Below, in pieces: positions 1 through 6,791 of a stretch of DNA of 10,327 bases. This DNA comes from Candidatus Thorarchaeota archaeon. GTDB taxonomy: Archaea; Asgardarchaeota; Thorarchaeia; Thorarchaeales; Thorarchaeaceae. Every line of letters begins with the position of its first letter. Within the stretch, counting starts at the first letter, position 1. The notes below the pieces were generated by a model. That model had not been told where the DNA came from. It did not search any database and saw nothing but the letters and a program-made list of their open reading frames with translations. Location of the stretch: contig JAOUFI010000078.1 of NCBI GenBank assembly GCA_029858305.1, positions 1 to 10,327 on the forward strand. Reading direction: 5' to 3'. Position numbers and translations under genes: made by a program.

Positions 1-169
1 TGCCAAGAGCTACATTCTCCCCAGTGGTTTTGAAAAGGTGAAACCATCTCTTGCTACTCTTGTAACTGCAGTGTTCAGACCATAGAACATCAAGCATTCC
101 AAGCTCGGCTTTTGTTGGTTCTCTTCCGAGAGTCGTAGTTGCATACTGAAGTTCTTCCTTGGTCAGCAT
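1..169 (-). CDS. purL: Phosphoribosylformylglycinamidine synthase subunit PurL (small PurL), N-terminal part; continues off the left edge of the window
   Basis: Manual translation of the minus strand from ATG at 169 gives [56 protein letters not shown], with the PurL signatures LGREP and [10 protein letters not shown]. The start overlaps the purQ stop (ATGCTGA). Not in the supplied ORF track. Confidence 0.96.
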   Translation of the reverse strand, partial: MLTKEELQYATTTLGREPTKAELGMLDVLWSEHCSYKSSKRWFHLFKTTGENVALG

Positions 170-858
170 TTGGTTGCCCTCACAAAATTCTCTATTATGT
201 GTAAACCATCTGTGGAGCCTAGAATTTGCCTGGAAGCTCTTTCTGGGTGAGGCATAAGGCCTAAAACATTACCTTTCTGGCTCAGGACTCCAGCAATATT
301 CTGAATAGAACCATTCGGATTTGATAGGTCACTTATCTCACCTGCTTCGTTGCAGTATCTAAATGGAATTCTATTCTCATCATTTATAGTTTCAAGATCC
401 TCAGCTGAGCAATAATAATTGCCTTCAGCATGAGCTATTGGCAATCGAATTACAGCATCTTCAAGTCCTTCAGTAAAGAGAGTAGTCTTACCATTGACCT
501 TCAAGTAGACCCATTTGCAAATGAAATGAGCCGATTCATTGGGAAGTAATGCACCTGGCAAAAGCCCCATCTCTGCCAAAATTTGAAAACCATTGCAGAT
601 ACCAATCACAGGTAATCCATTCTCTGCGAGATCCCTCACGCCCTCTGTAATAGTTTCTACTGAGGCAACAGCACCTGCTCGTAAATAATCACCATACGAA
701 AAACCCCCTGGGATAAAGATTCCATCTGCTTTCTCAAGACCTGCTAATCCCTTTCTTGATGGAACTAGAAATGGATCTGCTCCTTCAATGACTGAGAGTG
801 CGCGTAAAACATCCTCCTCATTATTTGTTCCCGGGTAGCGTAGAACTGCGATTGCCAC
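163..858 (-). CDS. purQ: Phosphoribosylformylglycinamidine synthase subunit PurQ (class I glutamine amidotransferase)
   Basis: Motifs [25 protein letters not shown] (catalytic Cys), AHAEGNY, NPNGS, and GLMPHPER (catalytic His/Glu). GTG start overlaps the upstream TAG stop (TAGTG). Confidence 0.97.
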   Translation of the reverse strand: MAIAVLRYPGTNNEEDVLRALSVIEGADPFLVPSRKGLAGLEKADGIFIPGGFSYGDYLRAGAVASVETITEGVRDLAENGLPVIGICNGFQILAEMGLLPGALLPNESAHFICKWVYLKVNGKTTLFTEGLEDAVIRLPIAHAEGNYYCSAEDLETINDENRIPFRYCNEAGEISDLSNPNGSIQNIAGVLSQKGNVLGLMPHPERASRQILGSTDGLHIIENFVRATKC

Positions 859-1829
859 TATTCAAGCCTCACTTTATGTTTCTCTGAGATCGGGTTTGAA
901 AGAAGCTTGACATTCATGATATTCAGATGGTTAAGTATCTCCGTTGTGATAGGTTTCTTCAATACAATATTAAACACTTTACCAACTCTAACATCATCAA
1001 CCTCTGCGAAGCCAAGTCTCACAAGAGCCTTTTTCGTGACCTCTCCTGGTGGGTTCTTAATACCTGATTTAGGTTCTACAATCACTTGAACAACTTCTTT
1101 CGCTATGTCCACGTCTTCTGGGCTTGCTGCACGCAGAGTGTCAAGTAACATCTTGTATGTAGAAACGAGATCCCCTTTTTCCTCTCGAAAGACATCTTTA
1201 TCGAGAGACACTGATTTACTATCCCAAATCCTCATTGAGTCAGGAGAGAGTTCATCTGCAAGAACTATGGTTTCGTCTTCAGTCTTTCCAAACTCAAGCT
1301 TGAAATCAACAAGTGTTAGATTCTGTTGCTTTAACAATTCACTAAGGTAATAATTCACAGAAAGAGTTACTCTGATTAAAAATTGAATAATGTCTCGAGT
1401 GACAAGTTTAATTCTGGTTATTGCGCCCATTGTAATTAGGGGGTCATGAAGACTATCATCTTTCAAAAAGAACTCGACCAATGGTTTTTCAAATACAGTT
1501 CCTCTTTCAATACCATATCGTTTACAGAAAGATCCAGCGGCAATATTTCTGCACACAACCTCCACTGGAAAGATTGATACCTTTTTGCAAAGCAGTTGGG
1601 GTCCCTTGAGTCTCTTTACATAATGAGTATCAATACCTTTTCCTTCCAAGTAGCTAAAGAGAATCTCTGATATGTCACAAGCTATTGCTCCTTTCCCTGG
1701 AAATGTATCCTTCTTCGCGCCATCTCCTGCAGTCGCAGAGTCACTGAATTCTATGATGACCCGGTCTTTAGAGTTGGGATCCTTAAAGACCCGTTTCGCT
1801 TTTCCTTCATATATCAAATTCATCTTCAT
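858..1829 (-). CDS. purC: Fused SAICAR synthetase (PurC, aa ~1-235) and FGAM synthase subunit PurS (aa ~244-323)
   Basis: N-terminal part has YEGKAK, GKG, PVEVVCRNIAAGS, KDDSLHDP, LVDFKLEFG, LADELSPDSMRIWD and DKDVFR (PurC). The C-terminal ~80 aa (VIVEPKSGIKNPPGEVTKKALVRLGFAEVDDVRVGKVFNI...KLLSNPISE) match the PurS pattern. SD-like AAGGAG lies just upstream of the start. Confidence 0.93.
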   Translation of the reverse strand: MKMNLIYEGKAKRVFKDPNSKDRVIIEFSDSATAGDGAKKDTFPGKGAIACDISEILFSYLEGKGIDTHYVKRLKGPQLLCKKVSIFPVEVVCRNIAAGSFCKRYGIERGTVFEKPLVEFFLKDDSLHDPLITMGAITRIKLVTRDIIQFLIRVTLSVNYYLSELLKQQNLTLVDFKLEFGKTEDETIVLADELSPDSMRIWDSKSVSLDKDVFREEKGDLVSTYKMLLDTLRAASPEDVDIAKEVVQVIVEPKSGIKNPPGEVTKKALVRLGFAEVDDVRVGKVFNIVLKKPITTEILNHLNIMNVKLLSNPISEKHKVRLE

Positions 1830-1855
1830 GTCTCCTTGTTGTGTAATCCATATAG

Positions 1856-2929
1856 CTAAGTGGTTGCCTCAGCGAGTCTATCTTGTTCGACTGCTTTGGT
1901 TATATCAATCATGCATAAGTCAAGTGGAGATTGGATTGTCGCTCCAAACTTGAGTGAAAGTCTTCTCATCTCAGGACTTGTAGGACCTATGCAAGGAGCA
2001 CCTGGCACTCGAGGACTCAAATCAAAGACAATGAACTCTGATTGTTCAGTTAATGCTCCCTGAAGAGAGAAAAGTCCTATCATTTTCGGAGGGAAGTGTT
2101 TCTGCACTCCAACCAATAATTTCTCCGCTGCATGGTATACAAGAGGTTTCTTACTCTCTCTCATAGTGACTCCTTTATGCCCAACCTCTTCGTTTACTAC
2201 TGTAACATCAATCTTCAATTGTTCACTAGCTGGCAAATTCAATAGACCCCCAAGACTTGTTTGAACTCTATCCTCAAATCCTACTAAATCTAGGAAGCCA
2301 AAAAAGTCACTCATTGCGTACGCCTGAAAATTCGCATTGAATCTGGGTGCAATGACAAACTCTTCAATCGTTGCTTGTTGTAAATCTTCTTCGGTGATCA
2401 GTCCTTGCTTTATCATCGATTGACTTGTCTTTTCATAATCTTCTGGTGAATGAGCATAGAAAAATGCTCTTTCTAGTGGCCGATTCTTTTGCTGTATTTT
2501 AATAATGGCCAATCTATCTATTGCATCTGGCGTGAATGACTCAGGTGTTCTAATTCCTGATTCTTTCAAGAGCCAATACTGATCTTTGAACAAGCCTCGT
2601 TCTTCAACCCTCAAGATGTCTCGATTTCCATAAATAGGGATTCTAAAGTCATGTTCAATTTTGTCATACCCGATGTAGACAGAGAATGATCTATTTGGAA
2701 TCCAAAGAGTATCTAGCTCTTGGAGTTGCGTTTGTATCTCATCTCGAATCATATCACTGAATTTATCCAGTACAATGATATTATCATAGAGATGTTTATT
2801 GTAGACAGAGTATAGCCTATCGCGTCCTTTTTCGCAAACAATAACTGTTTGAAATCCATTTGATTTTGCAGAAACTCCTATCTCTTCGGCGCTATGAGAA
2901 CCTAGCATTCCAATTGTAGGGAGCTTCAT
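1856..2929 (-). CDS. PurP-like ATP-grasp protein (DUF1246/DUF1297 family; divergent paralogue of FAICAR synthetase)
   Basis: Motifs IGMLGSHSA, PNRSFSVY, IYGNRDIL.VEER, RPLERAFF, IEEF, EVGH...TMRES and DLSPRVPGAP. Start moved from 2974 to the ATG at 2929 (MKLPTIG..., 357 aa) because GGAGGT sits 6 nt upstream and the N-terminus then aligns with the neighbouring PurP. Confidence 0.88.
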   Translation of the reverse strand: MKLPTIGMLGSHSAEEIGVSAKSNGFQTVIVCEKGRDRLYSVYNKHLYDNIIVLDKFSDMIRDEIQTQLQELDTLWIPNRSFSVYIGYDKIEHDFRIPIYGNRDILRVEERGLFKDQYWLLKESGIRTPESFTPDAIDRLAIIKIQQKNRPLERAFFYAHSPEDYEKTSQSMIKQGLITEEDLQQATIEEFVIAPRFNANFQAYAMSDFFGFLDLVGFEDRVQTSLGGLLNLPASEQLKIDVTVVNEEVGHKGVTMRESKKPLVYHAAEKLLVGVQKHFPPKMIGLFSLQGALTEQSEFIVFDLSPRVPGAPCIGPTSPEMRRLSLKFGATIQSPLDLCMIDITKAVEQDRLAEATT

Positions 2930-2940
2930 CAAAAGACCTC

Positions 2941-3001
2941 CAAAACTAGACTCAAACCTTTCCCAATACTGCATATGTATTGAGCAGGTTTGTAAGTTTT
3001 G
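2941..3001 (-). promoter_or_regulatory. Imperfect three-stem inverted repeat (candidate cis-regulatory RNA hairpin) ending at the SD of the purP-like gene
   Basis: Nested complementary arms on the + strand: caaaact 2941-2947 / agttttg 2995-3001; caaacct 2953-2959 / aggtttg 2986-2992; caatac 2964-2969 / gtattg 2977-2982; 7-nt loop. The inverted repeat is directly visible; its function is inferred. Confidence 0.5.
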
Positions 3002-3030
3002 CGTTCTCTTTTATTGACATGCATGAGAAA

Positions 3031-3984
3031 TCACCCTATTGCTTCATCCAGCTTTTGATGTTCGAGCAAGTCACGAATCTCACGTGCGATTCGTCTCCCC
3101 ATCCACATCTGTTCTCCATACAAAGTAAATGAATAGGGCGATGAGGGCATCCAAACATTGGTTCCTGCAACGATTCTGCCGCTGAACTCGAAACTATATA
3201 TTGTTTGGTTTCTATCGATTATTGTTTCTAAGCAAAATGGTCCAACCAGCTGTTGATTTGTCAGTCTTTTGAAAGCTTCCACGAATCCGACACCCATTTC
3301 ATAATATTGAGCAAGTGTTGACTCGCGAAGTACCAATGGTAGGTTACCAATCACAACAAATGTTGGATTGTTATCGAATCTCAGATTTGCATCAGCATCG
3401 GTTTCATATCTGATATCAGCTCCAAAAACCTCAAGCCGATTGTGAAATAATGAATTGAAGTATGTTGTGAAGATTTTCGTTCCGACAATGTACTTCTGAA
3501 ATGCATATTTCTTATCAGGATCAAGTTTTCCTACAATTTCTTGGCTATTTGCAGCAATGAAATAGCCCTCTCCTCCTGCTGCACCATATGACTTGACAAT
3601 AACTGGGCAATCAATTTCATCAATGTTACTAAATTCCTCAGGGACATTGAGACCTGCTTCAGTCAATAATTGAGACTTTAGGGCTCTGTCTTCTTCCCAA
3701 CGCAGTAATTCCTTATTTCCAAATATTCGAAGATCAGATTTTAAAATCTTATCAGCACCAAGGTAAGCTACAAATGACCCATGAGGTATGATTATTACAT
3801 CTGATAGATCTCTCTCAAAAATTTCATTGAACGTGTTTATCTCGATAATAGAATCTCCAAGGCCGAATGCTCTGTAAAACGGAACTCTATCTGGTGTGCA
3901 ATAAAGCTCAGCATCAAATCCTTCTGCCTTAGCTCCTGAGATTATATTCAACGCACTATGACTTGCTAATGTGCCAATTTTCAT
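3031..3984 (-). CDS. purP: Formate--phosphoribosylaminoimidazolecarboxamide ligase (FAICAR synthetase PurP family)
   Basis: Motifs IGTLASHSALNI..GAK.EGF, IPHGSFVAY, FGNK.LLRWE, Gly-rich ATP-grasp loop GAAGGEGYF, GNLPLVLRES, GPFCLE, EFSGRIVAGTN and MGRRIAREI. ATGA overlap with the purF stop. Confidence 0.93.
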   Translation of the reverse strand: MKIGTLASHSALNIISGAKAEGFDAELYCTPDRVPFYRAFGLGDSIIEINTFNEIFERDLSDVIIIPHGSFVAYLGADKILKSDLRIFGNKELLRWEEDRALKSQLLTEAGLNVPEEFSNIDEIDCPVIVKSYGAAGGEGYFIAANSQEIVGKLDPDKKYAFQKYIVGTKIFTTYFNSLFHNRLEVFGADIRYETDADANLRFDNNPTFVVIGNLPLVLRESTLAQYYEMGVGFVEAFKRLTNQQLVGPFCLETIIDRNQTIYSFEFSGRIVAGTNVWMPSSPYSFTLYGEQMWMGRRIAREIRDLLEHQKLDEAIG

Positions 3985-5381
3985 TGTGAGAAGTCCCTCT
4001 CATAGTCCCGTTCGTTTGGTTTCGAGCCCTGTTGCTGTATTCCTTTTCGGATAGAACGAGCATGTTCAGTTGGATAATCCCCATCGAGACAAGCAAGGCA
4101 GAGGTCTTTGATACCAATTGAATTCTCGAGGGTATGCTCTTCCTGATAGATTAAAGCATCAGTTTCAATATATTCTGCAATTGAATTGACGCTTGAAGTA
4201 GAGGCAATCAATTCCCTATCCGTCGATATATCAATTCCATAATAACAAGGATGTGCCTGTGGAGGACATGTTACTGCAAAATACACTTTAGCAGCACCTC
4301 TCTTCCGCAGATCCGCTACAATCATTTTTGCGGTTGTTCCTCTAACAATGCTATCGTCAACGACAAGAATATTTTTCCCACGAATCTTTCCATCGAGATA
4401 GATGTACTTACTACGAGCCATCGCATCTCGTTCTTCTTGAGTTCTTACGATGAAAGTTCGGCCAAGATACCGATTCTTTAGGATTATCTCCCTTATGGGG
4501 ACATCAAGTGTTTCTGCCATAGCTTGCGCAGCGGGTCGACTTGTATCAGGTACTGGAACCACATAGTCCGGTTTATCCAAGTGCAATTTCTTAAAAGTCT
4601 GAGCCAACGCACGACCTAAACGGAATCGTACATCGTATACTAGCTGATTTTCGATTGTAGCTGCTGGATGTGCAAAGTACACGTACTCAAAGAAACAGTG
4701 AGAGTGGTTTGCATTTTGAGAGATTGAGTATGACTCCATTTTCCCTCCATTGCCAAATACCAGTAGTTCACCCGGGTAGACGTCTCGTTCAAGGGGAACA
4801 CCACCCATATCTAGTACAGTACTTTCAGATGCAACAATCGTTCTCTCGCTTGAGCGGCCAAATACAAGAGGTTTGAATCCATGACTATCCCTATAGGCGA
4901 AGAGTAGTCCATTATAGAATCCTGCTAAACTATAAGATCCATCTACCTCGGCTTCAAGTTTGCGGAATGCTTCAGGAAGGTCTCCAGAGTTATTCTCAAG
5001 ATGAAATGAAAGTCTCTCGGCAAGGAATTCGCCATCGCAATCAAATTGTTTTTCAGAGACTGATGCCATATTTGTGATATTACCATTATGAGTCAATGTA
5101 ATCGCATTTACCTTAAATGGGCCAACAAACGTGTTCAAGTCCTCTTCAGATGCCACACGTTTTCCAGATGTTGGATATCTAGTACTTCCAAGAATCTGGT
5201 TTGAACTAGTATCTGGCAATCTAATAAGACTCGGACTTCCTATTGACTTTCCATCAATTGCTCTATCTCCCTCTATCCAGAGTAATCCTGCGGCGTCTTG
5301 TCCTCGATGAGCGAGAAGCAATAATAATTCCCTAGACATTCTTAATGGATAGGACCCTAGAATACCAATTACTCCGCACAT
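3981..5381 (-). CDS. purF: Amidophosphoribosyltransferase (glutamine PRPP amidotransferase), probably the [4Fe-4S] type
   Basis: N-terminal MCG Ntn nucleophile; HRGQD, RYPT, HNGNITN, CFFEYVYF, PVPD, PRPP loop VVDDSIVRGTT, PCYYGID and C-terminal CLAC..GDYP. SD-like AAGGAG lies within the end of purN. Confidence 0.97.
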   Translation of the reverse strand: MCGVIGILGSYPLRMSRELLLLLAHRGQDAAGLLWIEGDRAIDGKSIGSPSLIRLPDTSSNQILGSTRYPTSGKRVASEEDLNTFVGPFKVNAITLTHNGNITNMASVSEKQFDCDGEFLAERLSFHLENNSGDLPEAFRKLEAEVDGSYSLAGFYNGLLFAYRDSHGFKPLVFGRSSERTIVASESTVLDMGGVPLERDVYPGELLVFGNGGKMESYSISQNANHSHCFFEYVYFAHPAATIENQLVYDVRFRLGRALAQTFKKLHLDKPDYVVPVPDTSRPAAQAMAETLDVPIREIILKNRYLGRTFIVRTQEERDAMARSKYIYLDGKIRGKNILVVDDSIVRGTTAKMIVADLRKRGAAKVYFAVTCPPQAHPCYYGIDISTDRELIASTSSVNSIAEYIETDALIYQEEHTLENSIGIKDLCLACLDGDYPTEHARSIRKGIQQQGSKPNERDYERDFSQ

Positions 5382-5390
5382 CTATAATCT

Positions 5391-5996
5391 CTACTCCTTT
5401 ATGATAACTCGTTTCCCCTCTATGCTCAATTTCCCTTCGCAGAATAGATTCACTGATTTTACGAGTAATCTATGTTCTTCAGGAAGAAGTCTCTCAGCGA
5501 GTGTTTGGCCTGTATCGTCAGGGAGGACTGGCATTGCTTTTTGAAGAATTATCGGGCCATCATCCATATTATCCGTGACAAAGTGTGTTGAACATCCTGA
5601 CACTTTTACACCATGTTCTATTGCCTGCCACTGAGATCTCACTCCTTTAAAAGCGGGCAGAAGAGATGGGTGCACATTTATTATTTTTGAATGAAATTCG
5701 TTAATGAAATATTGAGTCAATATACGCATAAATCCTGCAAGGACAATTAAGTCCACCCGTGCTTGCTTGAGGATTTTGACTAACTGTTTATCGAAATCGC
5801 TACGTACAGGATACATCTTCTTCGTGATTATTTCAACTGGTATTCCAGCTTTACGAGCTCGTTCGATACCAAGAGCTTTAGATTTGTTGCTTATGACAAC
5901 AACAATTTTCCCGCGCAACTCTTGACGATTTTGAGCATCAATCAACGCCTGAAGATTCGTACCTCGCCCACTGATGAGAACACCAATCAGTGTCAT
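5391..5996 (-). CDS. purN: Phosphoribosylglycinamide formyltransferase (10-formyl-THF dependent)
   Basis: Phosphate-binding loop SGRGTNLQAL; LAGFMRIL; catalytic NVHPSLLP; GCSTHFV...DDGPIILQ; EH near the C-terminus. Confidence 0.97.
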   Translation of the reverse strand: MTLIGVLISGRGTNLQALIDAQNRQELRGKIVVVISNKSKALGIERARKAGIPVEIITKKMYPVRSDFDKQLVKILKQARVDLIVLAGFMRILTQYFINEFHSKIINVHPSLLPAFKGVRSQWQAIEHGVKVSGCSTHFVTDNMDDGPIILQKAMPVLPDDTGQTLAERLLPEEHRLLVKSVNLFCEGKLSIEGKRVIIKE

Positions 5997-6021
5997 GCGA
6001 AGGTCGCGTCAAGAATTCGCC

Positions 6022-6035
6022 TAATAAAATCTACC
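6022..6035 (-). promoter_or_regulatory. Putative archaeal BRE/TATA promoter of the pur operon (probably a leaderless transcript)
   Basis: The minus strand reads GGTAGA-TTTTATTA, with the TATA-like box ending 25 nt upstream of the purN ATG. No SD precedes purN, whereas several internal genes have one. Confidence 0.5.
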
Positions 6036-6098
6036 ATGTCCGTAGAAACCTTCTCTGTTAGTTCTAATGCATTTCAGGTGAGGTATTAGATAATTTTT

Positions 6099-6644
6099 CT
6101 AGAAAAACTCTCTCAAAATTGTCCCGATAACTACACCAAGGAGACTAGCAACAACTACGAACATGAAGTATCCTACAGTTAATGCTATACCACTGATAAG
6201 GAAGTTAGAAAATCCAAGATCCGGTACCATGAGAGCTGGAGTTGTTAGGAACATCACAAAGAAAATCATGAAGAATATTGCAGTGAGAAATCCTCCAATC
6301 AATGCTGGGCCTGTTTCTGATAAAACAAGTCCAATAGGAATTGCAGCCAGCGCGGGTAAGAAGAACAAATAAGTCGCTGTGTTTTCCCAAATGCTTACTG
6401 ATACAAAGGAGTAAATTGTTGTATCTACCAAAGCTGTGAGTAAAGGCATTAAAAGAAGAAGGACAATATCTCGATTCTTCTCGTACATCGATATTCCAAG
6501 AAGTTTGACGATTGGTTGAGGCCGCTTACCTTCAACAATCTTGTATTTTTGCTCAGGCTTTGGAAGTGGTCTAAAAAGTCCCTTCTTTTCTACCTGCTCC
6601 TCTTCTTCCGGGGTTTCTACACGATACTTTTCTTCATCAGCCAT
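6099..6644 (-). CDS. Uncharacterised membrane protein with about 4 predicted TM helices and a charged soluble N-terminus
   Basis: Acidic/charged N-terminal ~55 aa followed by hydrophobic stretches (IVLLLLMPLLTALV..., YLFFLPALAAIPIGLVL, ALIGGFLTAIFFMIFFVMFL, FLISGIALTVGYFMFVVVASLLGVVIG). Start is uncertain (6698, 6662 or 6644); MADEEK at 6644 chosen as most plausible. Confidence 0.75.
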   Translation of the reverse strand: MADEEKYRVETPEEEEQVEKKGLFRPLPKPEQKYKIVEGKRPQPIVKLLGISMYEKNRDIVLLLLMPLLTALVDTTIYSFVSVSIWENTATYLFFLPALAAIPIGLVLSETGPALIGGFLTAIFFMIFFVMFLTTPALMVPDLGFSNFLISGIALTVGYFMFVVVASLLGVVIGTILREFF

Positions 6645-6791
6645 ATCAGCCACTTCGCCCATTGTTCGGTTATGTGATGAATAAAGCCTTCGCATCACGC
6701 AAATATCAAATGTTATTTATTCCTCCCAAGCAAAACCGCAAGTGCTATCTGTGTTTTATCCTACTCATGAGTTAGGCTCGGAGGTAAATGG

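Noticed and set aside
907-2063. Short plus-strand ORFs 907-1089, 1105-1350, 1672-1953 and 1860-2063
   Set aside because: Antisense shadows of well-supported pur genes, with no motifs or credible start signals.
2930-2974. 15-aa N-terminal extension (MQYWERFESSFGGLL) of the PurP-like ORF
   Set aside because: It contains the GGAGGT SD for the ATG at 2929, and the 2974 ATG lies in the hairpin loop. PurP homology begins at MKLPTIG.
2941-3030. Hairpin interpreted as a ZMP/ZTP (pfl) riboswitch, SECIS element or intrinsic terminator
   Set aside because: It lacks the pfl conserved blocks (GACUGGCG...GUGG...CCAC...GCCUGGG). No SECIS core or in-frame UGA is apparent in the flanking genes. It is followed by an SD rather than a long U tract. 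Kept only as an unclassified structure.
4251-4876. Plus-strand ORFs 4251-4481 and 4670-4876
   Set aside because: Fully antisense to purF and without protein-like features.
6063-6090. Inverted repeat TCTAAT...ATTAGA downstream of the membrane protein gene as a terminator
   Set aside because: AT-rich 6-bp arms with a poorly paired interior and no U tract on the minus strand; too weak to call.
6163-6390. ORFs 6163-6372 (+) and 6205-6390 (-)
   Set aside because: Nested within the membrane protein gene. The K/N-rich composition of the plus-strand ORF is the expected mirror of Phe/Leu/Ile codons.
6636-6653. Near-tandem 9-nt repeat (GTGGCTGAT ATGGCTGAT on the minus strand) at the membrane gene start
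   Set aside because: Only two imperfect copies; compatible with chance or a trivial micro-duplication.
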